From NCBI GenBank assembly GCA_963789825.1, contig CAWBME010000006.1:974612-1038611 (forward strand): DNA of 64,000 nt, in the 5' to 3' direction. The notes under the pieces were generated by a model, which was given only the letters and a program-made list of their open reading frames with translations, was not told the DNA's origin and did no database searches. Positions 52,680-61,018 of the stretch are shown in pieces. Source of the DNA: an uncultured Chloroflexia bacterium (GTDB taxonomy: Bacteria > Chloroflexota > Anaerolineae > Anaerolineales > E44-bin32). Position 1 is the first letter of the stretch; each line of letters begins with the position of its first letter. The position numbers and the translations under genes are program-made.

Positions 52680-52976
52680 CTACCACGACCGTCGATAGTT
52701 CCGATCGAGCTTGGCCAGGACGGCTGCCTCCAGGTCCACGCCGCTCACGCTCGCCAGTTGCAGCAGATAGAGCGTGACATCCGCCAGCTCCTCCCCCAGT
52801 GCGGCCGGCTCGGGTGAGGACTCGCCCCACTGATAGAGCTCCAGCACTTCAGCGGCCTCAATCGCCAGCGAGGCCGCCAGATTGCGCGGCGTCTGCGGCC
52901 GGGGGCTGTCTGGCCGATACCAGCCCTGCGCTTCGACAAATCGGTGCATCGCCTGCGTGAGTTCGTCCAGCTGCAT
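52680..52976 (-). CDS. MazG-like nucleotide pyrophosphohydrolase domain protein
   Basis: A 98-aa all-alpha protein with the EAAEVLE...EELADVTLYLLQLA EExxE/D motif pair. Confidence 0.75.
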   Translation of the reverse strand: MQLDELTQAMHRFVEAQGWYRPDSPRPQTPRNLAASLAIEAAEVLELYQWGESSPEPAALGEELADVTLYLLQLASVSGVDLEAAVLAKLDRNYRRSW

Positions 52977-52992
52977 GGCGCCTTCCTATCGG

Positions 52993-53029
52993 CAAACAAA
53001 CGCGGCTTCCCTGGGTTCCGGGAAGCCGC
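52993..53029 (-). terminator. Intrinsic terminator-like hairpin
   Basis: The minus strand reads GCGGCTTCCC-loop-GGGAAGCCGC (10-bp stem) followed by GTTTGTTTG. Confidence 0.5.
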
Positions 53030-53311
53030 CTGAGGCTCGACCTCGAGCGAAGGGCGCTACCCTGACCCAGTGGGCAGGTGGACAGCCGGCGGGCGGACTG
53101 GCAGCGTGCGCCTGCGTGCGATCATGCGGAGATTATACGATTGCCATCGGCGTGAGTCAAAATCCCCCGGCACGCTCGCCTCCGGAGTCGCAGATCATCT
53201 CTCTCGCCCCAGTCAGGAGGCGGCTGGCCGAGCGGTGCTCGGACGGATCGGCCGCGAGACGCCTTCTCCGGGGCACCCGGCGCTGGGTAAACGCCTCAGG
53301 CGGGGCCGCCA

Positions 53312-53568
53312 GGAGCTTGCGGAGGAACGTGTAGACCTCCACCCCCTGACCCCTTCTCCGAGGACGGCGCACGGGCACGCCATGAACCGTGGCGGAGAGG
53401 GGGAACAAGATCTTGGGGGGTGCGGGGAGCCAAGCTCCTCCCACCCCCCAGGAATATCGACCCCTTCCCCTGCGGGACTCGTGTGAGTCGCGGAGGTCGG
53501 CTCATGCAGGGGGAGGGGCTAGGGGAGAGGGTTGGACGATCACAGGCTGTTTTTCAGCAGCCTGCTAG
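53312..53568 (+). repeat. MITE-like palindromic dispersed repeat, copy C
   Basis: It aligns over its full length with 5172..5430, the same orientation. Confidence 0.8.
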
Positions 53569-53580
53569 ACCCGATCGTGC

Positions 53581-54294
53581 TCAGCTGTCGACCCGTGCCA
53601 GGACCATCGAGGCTGAGCCCGCCGCCGGGAGGCCGATTTCGGCCGCCTCCAGATCGCAGCCGAACGTCACCTTGGTGGGCTCGAAGATCTCAAATTCCTC
53701 TGGGGGAACACCCTGCGGCGCCGGCTGCCCACCGACGGAGGTCTCGACGGTCAGATCGGCCGCTTCGAGATTCGAGAAGGTCACCGTGGCGCCCTCGATG
53801 GCGTAGCTGGCCTGGCCTCGGCCGTTGACCACGATCTGCAAGGGCAGCGTCGTTCCGCCGGCGCTGATCTCACCCGTCATGGTCAGCTGGTTGTAGGCGA
53901 AGACAGCCTCACCTCCCTGGCCGAAACTCAATGCCAGATCACCACCGCCAATCGCCAGGTCGTCCGGGACCCCTCCTCCTCCTCCGAGAAACACCACCTG
54001 CGCCAGCTCCAGCAGGTTCTCGACGCGCCACGTGCCGACCAGGCATTCGGTCTTCTCCGTCGGAGCCTCGTCTGGCACCGTGGGTGTGGGCTCAGGCACC
54101 TCTGTCGGCGCAAGGGTTGGGGGCGATGGGAGCCGTGTCGGGGCCGATGGGACAGTGGGTGTGGGCTCAGGCACCTCTGTCGGAGCAAGGGTCGGGAGCG
54201 ACAGGGGCAGTGTCGCGGCCGGAGTGAGGCTCGCTGCACTTGAACATCCAGCCAGCACCATCGCGGCAACAAGGAACGCGGTGAGACGTCTCAT
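53581..54294 (-). CDS. Hypothetical lipoprotein with an internally duplicated Pro/Thr linker
   Basis: ORF 53581..54387, start MRRLTAFLVAAMVLAGCSS (lipobox) at 54294. PTLAPTEVPEPTPTVP occurs twice (38-bp repeat at 54080..54117 and 54155..54192, 1 mismatch). The C-terminal domain is beta-rich. Confidence 0.55.
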   Translation of the reverse strand: MRRLTAFLVAAMVLAGCSSAASLTPAATLPLSLPTLAPTEVPEPTPTVPSAPTRLPSPPTLAPTEVPEPTPTVPDEAPTEKTECLVGTWRVENLLELAQVVFLGGGGGVPDDLAIGGGDLALSFGQGGEAVFAYNQLTMTGEISAGGTTLPLQIVVNGRGQASYAIEGATVTFSNLEAADLTVETSVGGQPAPQGVPPEEFEIFEPTKVTFGCDLEAAEIGLPAAGSASMVLARVDS

Positions 54295-54500
54295 GCTGGA
54301 TACCTCGGGTGCGGCCGGCTTTGGCCGCAGCCCAATCCGACTCGAAGGACGATAACCCAATGTTGTTGGAGGGCGATCCCAGGTCAAGCAACACTGCGTG
54401 GCCCATTCGGCCTACCGGGAGGCGATTCCCCCGGGGGCGGGAGACGGGTCCCACGCAGAGGAGTCGCCCATCCCGGGCGACGCCGCGGCTCCCCCCCAGG

Positions 54501-54529
54501 AAGCAAACCGGCCAGGTCTCCCTGGCCGG
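54501..54529 (-). terminator. Intrinsic terminator after metK
   Basis: The minus strand reads CCGGCCAGG-GAGA-CCTGGCCGG followed by TTTGCTT. Confidence 0.55.
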
Positions 54530-54551
54530 CAAGGACATGTCCTGCTTGAGC

Positions 54552-55778
54552 CTACGCGGCGGACACGCCGACGGCAGCCTCCGACTGGATCGCCTCGAGC
54601 CGATCCAGTCGCTCCCACGGGAGGTCAAGGTCGGTCCGTCCAAAATGCCCGTAGGCGGCAGTCTGCTGGTAGATTGGGTGCAGCAGATCGAGGTCGCGGA
54701 TGATCGCCCCGGGTCGCAGATCGAAGATCCTGGTGATGATCTCACTGATCTCCGTGTCGGGCAGCTTGCCGGTGCCGAAGGTCTCGATGTTGACGGAGAG
54801 CGGATGCGAGACCCCGATGGCATAGGCCACCTGGATCTCGCAGCGGTCGGCCAACCCCGCAGCAACGATGTGCTTGGCGACGTAGCGTGCGGCATAGGCG
54901 CCGGAGCGATCGACCTTGGTCGGGTCCTTGCCGCTAAAACAGCCGCCGCCGTGGCGGCCCATGCCGCCGTAGGTGTCGACGATGATCTTGCGTCCGGTCA
55001 GGCCGGAGTCGCCCATTGGGCCGCCGATCTCGAAGGACCCGGTTGGGTTGACGAAGTACTTGATTCCGTCCTGCACCAGCTCCGCCGGCAGGATCGGCTT
55101 GACGATCTCCTCGATCACGCCTTCGCGGATCCGTTCGGCAGGCGTCCCGGGGGCGTGCTGCGTGCTCACCAGGACGGTGTCGACCCGCTTGGGACGTCCG
55201 AACGCGTACTCGATCGTCACCTGCGCCTTGCCGTCGGGCCGCAGCCAGGGAAGCCCCCCCGCCTTGCGCACCTCTGCCAGGCGGCGGGTCAGGCGGTGCG
55301 AGAGCTCGATCGGCATGGGCATCAGCGCCGTCGTTTCATGGCAGGCGTAGCCGAACATCATCCCTTGGTCACCGGCGCCGATCGTCTCAACATCCTCGTC
55401 GCTCAACTTGTGGCTGCGCACCTCGAGGGAAGCGTCCACACCTTGCTTGATGTTCGGGCTCTGCTTGCCCAGCGCCACGAGCACGCCGCAGGTGCTGCCG
55501 TCGAAACCTTTGCTGCTATTGTCGTAGCCGATGTCGGTGATCACCTTGCGTGCCAGTTCGTCGAAGTTCACCTGGGCGAGCGAGGTAATCTCGCCGAACA
55601 GCATGACGAAACCGGTCTTGGTCGCCGTCTCGCAGGCCACCCTTGAGCGCGGGTCCTGCGCGATGCAGGCGTCCAGCACGGCGTCTGAGACCTGGTCACA
55701 CAGCTTGTCCGGGTGGCCCTCGGTGACCGACTCCGAGGTGAAGAACAATGACGGGGAGGTCATGAAAGAATTGGTCAC
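54552..55778 (-). CDS. metK: S-adenosylmethionine synthetase
   Basis: Motifs: [44 protein letters not shown]. Confidence 0.97.
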   Translation of the reverse strand: MTNSFMTSPSLFFTSESVTEGHPDKLCDQVSDAVLDACIAQDPRSRVACETATKTGFVMLFGEITSLAQVNFDELARKVITDIGYDNSSKGFDGSTCGVLVALGKQSPNIKQGVDASLEVRSHKLSDEDVETIGAGDQGMMFGYACHETTALMPMPIELSHRLTRRLAEVRKAGGLPWLRPDGKAQVTIEYAFGRPKRVDTVLVSTQHAPGTPAERIREGVIEEIVKPILPAELVQDGIKYFVNPTGSFEIGGPMGDSGLTGRKIIVDTYGGMGRHGGGCFSGKDPTKVDRSGAYAARYVAKHIVAAGLADRCEIQVAYAIGVSHPLSVNIETFGTGKLPDTEISEIITRIFDLRPGAIIRDLDLLHPIYQQTAAYGHFGRTDLDLPWERLDRLEAIQSEAAVGVSAA

Positions 55779-55794
55779 GCGCCTCTACTCCTGC

Positions 55795-55830
55795 AGAACA
55801 AGTTGCCCCTTCTCGACGAGAAGGGGCAAC
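55795..55830 (-). terminator. Terminator hairpin of the SAM-I expression platform
   Basis: The minus strand reads GTTGCCCCTTCTC-GTC-GAGAAGGGGCAAC followed by TTGTTCT. Confidence 0.7.
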
Positions 55831-55850
55831 ACAAAGCACCGTCTGCCTCC

Positions 55851-55963
55851 CTCTCATCTTCCAGATTCGTACTTCTGCCGGACTTGGCACCACACCAGGA
55901 TCTTGCTCCGGGTAGGTTGCCGAGGCATCAAAGGGCCGGTCCCTCCGCCTCTCTGGATAAGAG
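55851..55963 (-). promoter_or_regulatory. SAM-I (S-box) riboswitch aptamer upstream of metK
   Basis: The minus strand reads CTCTTATCCAGAGAGGCGGAGGGACCGGCCCTTTGATGCCTCGGCAACC...GGTGCCAAGTCCGGCAGAAG...GGAAGATGAGAG. This matches the conserved S-box core blocks. Confidence 0.9.
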
Positions 55964-56176
55964 TTACAAGGGGCTATTCAATTGTGGAAGGCATCGTACC
56001 ATGCCGCCCGGGACGGGTCAAGACGAGCCCATGCGGGCGACGGGCAGTGTCGGCGGCGCCGTTCCCCATGCCCACGTCGCGCGGATCTCGTGTTCTACCC
56101 TCGCGCCCGGTCACGGCAAGCACCGCCCAGGATCGCTCGTCGGCGAGTGTGCCGGTTGCTGGGTCAGGCTGCACGA

Positions 56177-57334
56177 TCAAGCGGCAGGACGCTCAGCCAG
56201 CGTGATCTCCAACTGCACTCGCTGACCGGAACGATAGACCTCCACTTGCACGGCGTCACCGGGGCGGAAGCGCAGCAGCTGATTGATGAACGGATGCTCC
56301 TCATCGATCCCCTGCCCGTTGAGCGCGGTGAGGATGTCGCCGCGCTGCATGCCGGCGAGCTCGGCCGGCCCGCCTGACACCACCTCAGTGATGGCAATCC
56401 CCCCCGGGATGCCCTGCTGGGCGGCCTGCTCCGCCGGGACCGGTTCCCAGCTCACGCCCAAGTAGGGACGGAGCACACGGCCGGTGGCGATCAGCTCATC
56501 GACGATCGCCCGCGCCGTATTGCTGGAGACGGCGAAGCCCAACCCCTCGGCCGGCGCGCCCCCCGAGCCGCTGCTGCGCACCACCAGGGTGTTGACGCCG
56601 ATCACCTCGCCGGCCAGGTTGACCAGCGGGCCCCCGGAGTTGCCGGGGTTGATGGCGGCGTCGGTCTGGATCAGATCCTGCTGCTCGTAGCCCAAGCCGC
56701 TTCCGACGCTGCGGCCCATGCCGCTGACCACGCCGACGGTCACGGTGTTCTTGAAGTCGCCCAACGGCGAGCCAAAGGCGATCACCGATTGCCCCGGCTT
56801 GAGGCTCTCCGAGTCGCCGAACGACAGGATCGCCGGGAGCAATCCGTCGACGCGCACGACGGCAATGTCGGCGAATGGGTCGACGCCGATCAGGGCCGCC
56901 GAAATGGTCGAACCGTCCGCCAAGACCACCTCCAGGCGCGCCGCGCCCTCAACCACATGGTTGTTGGTGACAATGTAGCCCTGATCGGACACGATGAAGC
57001 CCGAACCCGAGGCCTTCGCCGCCTCTTCCTGGCCTTGCAGGGAGGAGGCGCCTTCCAGATAGTTGACAATGGTGACCACGCCCGGGCCGATCCTGGACAC
57101 GGTCTCGGCCACCGGATCGCCCAGGCTGCGATCGACCAGCGGCAGGTCGACCGGAATCTGGGCGCTTGGCTGCCCCGGAGCGGATGGCTGACGCAGGCCG
57201 TAGTAGACGGTCGCTCCACCGAGGGCCACGCCCAGGAATCCGCACAGCCCGGCCACCAGGCCGGCGACGGCAATGACCCCCCACAGGCTTGCTCGACCCG
57301 GCCGTCTGGTCGGGATGCTCGATCTCGGTTCCAT
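56177..57334 (-). CDS. HtrA/DegP-family serine protease with a PDZ domain, N-terminal TM anchor
   Basis: ORF 56177..57385. The start MEPRSS at 57334 follows AAGGAGG. The triad is TNNHV, DIAVVRV, GNSGGPLV, and the PDZ is at the C-terminus. Confidence 0.85.
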   Translation of the reverse strand: MEPRSSIPTRRPGRASLWGVIAVAGLVAGLCGFLGVALGGATVYYGLRQPSAPGQPSAQIPVDLPLVDRSLGDPVAETVSRIGPGVVTIVNYLEGASSLQGQEEAAKASGSGFIVSDQGYIVTNNHVVEGAARLEVVLADGSTISAALIGVDPFADIAVVRVDGLLPAILSFGDSESLKPGQSVIAFGSPLGDFKNTVTVGVVSGMGRSVGSGLGYEQQDLIQTDAAINPGNSGGPLVNLAGEVIGVNTLVVRSSGSGGAPAEGLGFAVSSNTARAIVDELIATGRVLRPYLGVSWEPVPAEQAAQQGIPGGIAITEVVSGGPAELAGMQRGDILTALNGQGIDEEHPFINQLLRFRPGDAVQVEVYRSGQRVQLEITLAERPAA

Positions 57335-57698
57335 CGGTGGTCCCTCCTTGGGCTTGCTGAGGGAGGGATTTGACCACGCCAGCATGAGCCTTCGCTAAAC
57401 CGCCGGTGAAGGTTCGCTCAGGCCCGCACGGGAAGCCGGCAGGAGCTGCCCAGGCGACCGACCCCCGGCTGCCCCGGCCAGGGGTCGAGGGCCCAGACCA
57501 AGTCTCACGCCCTCGGGCAAGGCTGCCGCCTTCCTTCCCCTGTCAGCCGGAAGCTCGCCGCGGGCGAGAGCGGGCAGACACGGCCTGGCTGCCCGGTAGC
57601 GCTCAGGCCGATTGCGGGTTGCACTCGACCGTCAGCCAGTTAGCTGAGTATTCGGGTAGAATTACGCCATTCCCGAAATCCAAGGAGGCTTGCTGTAC

Positions 57699-58088
57699 AT
57701 GAACGTCTTGCTGTGGATCCTTCAGGTTCTCTTCGCCATCTACTTTCTCTTTGTGGGTGTGATGCACTTCATCATCCCCCCTGGCCTGCCCGCTCCGATG
57801 AGCTGGATGTATGAGCTGTCCACCCCGCTGCACCTCGTCAGCGGGTCGGCGGAGATCCTGGGAGCGCTTGGGCTGGTGCTTCCATCGGCGACGCGCATTC
57901 GGCCGCGCCTGAGCGTGTACGCCGCGCTGGGGCTGGGGGCGGTTATGCTGCTGGCGGCGGTCTACCATGTGACGCGGGGCGAATTCCAGAACGTCCCCTT
58001 GAACCTGCTGATCGCCGCAATCCTCGGCTTCATCGCCTACGGCCGGGCGCGCCTGGCTCCGATCACCGAGAAGCCGCGGGCGAGCTAG
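57699..58088 (+). CDS. DoxX-like family membrane protein
   Basis: ATG 57699 follows AAGGAGG. It has four hydrophobic helices and the FLFVGVMHF motif. Confidence 0.7.
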   Translation: MNVLLWILQVLFAIYFLFVGVMHFIIPPGLPAPMSWMYELSTPLHLVSGSAEILGALGLVLPSATRIRPRLSVYAALGLGAVMLLAAVYHVTRGEFQNVPLNLLIAAILGFIAYGRARLAPITEKPRAS

Positions 58089-58329
58089 TTCGAATCCGGG
58101 GCCAGCCCGTGACGGGGCACGGAGCAAGCTCCCGTCCCCTCGGAGGCGCGGCCGCCCCTCGGCAGGTCCGCTCCGAGCCTGTCAGCCGGGCTGGTCTTGC
58201 AGCGCCACGCCGACCGGCCGTTTCTGCTGGGTCTGCAGCGGGGTCCGGTCAGCCCATCCGCCTGTGAGCCGAGCCAGGGATGGGCCCCCGGCGAGCCTGA
58301 ACCCCGCCGGCGCAGCCCAAGATTCGGGG

Positions 58330-58358
58330 CTTGTGGGATGGGACTGCCTGTGGTATAT
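58330..58358 (+). promoter_or_regulatory. Putative promoter of cspA (extended -10)
   Basis: TTGTGG, 17-nt spacer, TATATT, with TGG immediately upstream of the -10. This would give a ~155-nt 5'UTR, as is typical for csp genes. Confidence 0.35.
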
Positions 58359-58520
58359 TCCTTCCTGAAGGTAGCATGGTAGTTCTGTCTGGATGTCGAA
58401 CAAACGGCCTGGGCGGAAACTGCTCGGGCCGGCTTGGTTCTTCCAGCACTTCCCGAAGAACCCGACCAGCCCAGGGAACGAACAGGCACCTATCCTCTTG
58501 TTGCCTAGGGAGGCAATGTC

Positions 58521-58730
58521 ATGTCTGGACGGATTCAGGGTACGGTCAAGTGGTTCAACAGCGGGAAGGGCTACGGCTTCATCTCGCGCGAGGGCGGGGA
58601 CGATGTGTTCGTTCATTTCTCCGCCATCCAGGGCGACGGCTATCGCGAGCTGCAGGAAGGCCAGCGAGTCGAGTTCGCCATCGCCCAGGGCCCGAAGGGC
58701 CTGCAGGCTGAGGCTGTCACCGTCCTCTAG
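58521..58730 (+). CDS. cspA: Cold-shock protein (CspA family)
   Basis: RNP1/RNP2 motifs are present: [24 protein letters not shown]. Confidence 0.95.
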   Translation: MSGRIQGTVKWFNSGKGYGFISREGGDDVFVHFSAIQGDGYRELQEGQRVEFAIAQGPKGLQAEAVTVL

Positions 58731-58753
58731 TCGGACGGGATGGATGAAGCACG

Positions 58754-58787
58754 AAGCCCCCGGGCATGTCCCGGGGGCTTTTCGATT
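58754..58787 (+). terminator. Intrinsic terminator after cspA
   Basis: AAGCCCCCGGG-CATGT-CCCGGGGGCTT followed by TTCGATT. Confidence 0.75.
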
Positions 58788-59289
58788 CGGGTCCGCGGTT
58801 GGGTAGGAGCCGTCACCGAGGCGCAGCGCGGGTCTCCGCCGTGGGGCAAGCTGGCAGGGATTGCCTCAGATCCGGCGCGAGGGCCAGGCCGCATCGATCC
58901 CCGGCGCTTGGTGGTAGCTGAACCTGCGGCGCTTCACTCGGCGCCTCTTCGTTGAAGCCTGCAACTACGCCTCGCTCAGTTCGTGGGAGACCCCATCGGA
59001 GCATCCCCTTGGCTGCAGGGCAAGCCAACTCAGGCTCGGGACCTGACTGAAATCCAGGCTGAGCCCAACCTTCCCTATCGAGCCACCTTCATCGGGTGTT
59101 GCATCTTCGGGTGCTGCATCGCCCAGCTCCGGGAAGGACTGGATCCGGAAGGAAGCACGCTCCCGGACGCTGGGCAGCATTCGCACATTCAGGCAGCGTC
59201 AGGCGAGCCCCCCGGGCAACCGGGCGTCAGCAGCCACCGGGAAGGCACACGATTCCCCGGGCATGGGACTTTAGGGCTAGTCCCAGGGG

Positions 59290-59319
59290 TTGACTTCTTT
59301 CCCCGAAAGGCGCTAGAAT
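59290..59319 (+). promoter_or_regulatory. Putative sigma70-type promoter of the ubiquitin-like operon
   Basis: TTGACT (59290..59295), 18-nt spacer, TAGAAT (59314..59319). Confidence 0.55.
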
Positions 59320-59325
59320 AAGGTC

Positions 59326-59342
59326 TGCTGGTCTGACCAGCA
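59326..59342. promoter_or_regulatory. Perfect 17-bp palindrome, candidate GntR-type operator
   Basis: TGCTGGTC-T-GACCAGCA has 8+1+8 perfect dyad symmetry. It starts 7 nt after the -10 and ends 14 nt before ATG 59356. Its half-site TGGTC/GACCA fits the GT-Nx-AC rule for GntR-family operators. Confidence 0.5.
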
Positions 59343-59355
59343 TACCAGAGGGCGC

Positions 59356-61018
59356 ATGCAGATTGAGCAGATCGATCACCTGAGGCTTGGCCGAGCAGGT
59401 CGCGGGGCGGCTGGCGGCGTCCATCCTGGATGGTGGCTTGCAGGCCGGCGAGCAGCTCCCTGCCGAGCGCGACCTGATGACCCGTTTCGGCGTCAGCCGG
59501 GCCACGCTGCGCGAGGCGCTGCGCATGTTGGCCGAGCACGAACTGCTCGCGGCCCGCCCCGGCGTCGGCTGGTTCGTGCGCCAACCGGGGAAGCGGGTGC
59601 TGCCTTCGGTGATGGCGCTGGCGCAGGCCCACCGCCCTACGCTCCTGGCCGACACCCAGCCGGCGCGCCAGCCGCCGCCGGAGGGCCCGCGACGCCTGAC
59701 GGTCGTCGCCGAGAAGCCGCTGCATATCCCTAACCTGCGCACCGACCGCCTGGGCACTTTCGACTTCATCTCCTGGTGGGAACGGGACAAGGTCCAGGCC
59801 GCCCGCGTGCTGGTCGTCGGCGCAGGTGCCCTCGGCAACGAGGTCGTCAAGAGCCTGGCGCTGATGGGCATCGGTCATCTGTTCCTGGTCGACTTCGACA
59901 CGATCGAGGCCGCCAACCTCAGCCGCTCGGTGTTCTTTCGCGAGGCCGACACCGGGAAGGAAAAGGCGGTCGTCGTGGCGGCACGCGCCAAGGCGCTCAA
60001 CCCACAGATCCACGTCCAGCACCTGCAAGGGGACGTCACCACCCGACTGGGGTTGGGCATCGTCCGCCGCATGGACGTGGTCATCGGCTGCCTGGACAAC
60101 CGGGAGGCCCGCCTGGCGCTCAACCGCTTCTGTTACTGGATGGGCAAGCCGATGGTCGATGGCGCCATCCAGGAGCTGCTCGGCCTGGTGCGAGTGTTCG
60201 TCCCCGGACAGGGCGCCTGCTTCGAATGCACCCTGACCGAGCAGGCGCGCCGCGAGATCTCGCTGCGCTACTCCTGCCCGCTGCTCGCCCGTCACAACAT
60301 TCTGCAGGGCAAGGTGCCCACCACCCCGACCATCGCTTCGATCATCGGCTCGATGCAGGCCCAGGAAGCGCTCAAGCTGATTCACGCCATGCCGGTCGAG
60401 GCCGGCAAGGTGACCCATTTCAACGGCCTGACCAATGCGATGCACACCACCGCCTATGTGGCGCGGGAGGACTGCGAAAGCCACTGGACCTATGGGGAAG
60501 TGATCGAACTCGCCGCTCGTGCCGACAACACTCGGGTGCGGGACCTGCTCGAGGTCGCCCAGCGGGACCTCGGTCCGGAAGCGGTGATCGAACTCGACCA
60601 CGAACTGCTCCTTCGGCTGAGCTGCCCGCTCTGCCAGACCGTCGAGGAGGTCATCCGCCCGCTGTCCGAGGTGAGCTTCGAAGCCGGCCACTGCCCGTCC
60701 TGCGGGGTTCTGCGAGAGACCGACATGACGCACCTGCTCACCGGGCGGGAAGGCTTCCTCGATCGCACGCTGTCCAGCATCGGCGTCCCGCCGCTGCACA
60801 TCTTGCGCGCCCACAATGGCCGCGAGTACCGCTTCTACGAACTGACCGGCGACCTGGCGCAAGCGCTGCACTTCTCCGATTTCGAAGGACCCCCACCAGC
60901 CAGCAGCGATCCGCTCTCCGGCCAGCGCGTCCGGCTCGGGCCGGAGGTCGGAGAGACACCTGCTCCGGGCAGCCCGGCGCGTGGGCGGATCGTCGTCCAC
61001 CAATCGGAGGCGCAGTGA
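59356..61018 (+). CDS. E1-like Ubl-activating enzyme (ThiF/UBA fold) with an N-terminal GntR-type wHTH and C-terminal C4 zinc ribbon
   Basis: ORF 59387..61018. The wHTH is LPAERDLMTRFGVSRATLREALRMLAEHELLAARPGVGWFV. The Rossmann region is VLVVGAGALGNEV...LVDFDTIEAANLSRSVFF. ACFEC is followed by YSCP (Cys at 60275..60277), positioned like the catalytic Cys of UBA-type E1s. The zinc ribbon CPLC...CPSC lies at 60623..60703. The probable true start ATG 59356 (MQIEQIDHLRL) is one base out of frame (extra G ~59389). Confidence 0.8.

Noticed and set aside
58085-58110. tRNA-like T-loop string GTTCGAATCC.
   Set aside because: The flanking bases cannot form a T-stem or acceptor stem. The string lies across the stop of the DoxX-like gene. 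I found no convincing tRNA or rRNA anywhere in the window.
58790-59289. About 500 bp between the cspA terminator and the Ub-operon promoter, with ORFs 58813..59028(-), 58965..59186(-) and 58983..59321(+).
   Set aside because: No RBS, no recognisable motif and no consistent codon bias were found. It is treated as non-coding or degenerate DNA. It might still mark an insertion boundary, but I cannot support that from sequence alone.
59189-61014. 604-aa minus-strand ORF and the 5' two-thirds of the + ORF 59776..61932, both overlapping the E1 gene.
   Set aside because: Only the 59387 frame carries the wHTH, Rossmann and Cys motifs. The 59776 frame becomes meaningful only after 61015, where the TM/RING-like gene starts with a GTGA overlap.
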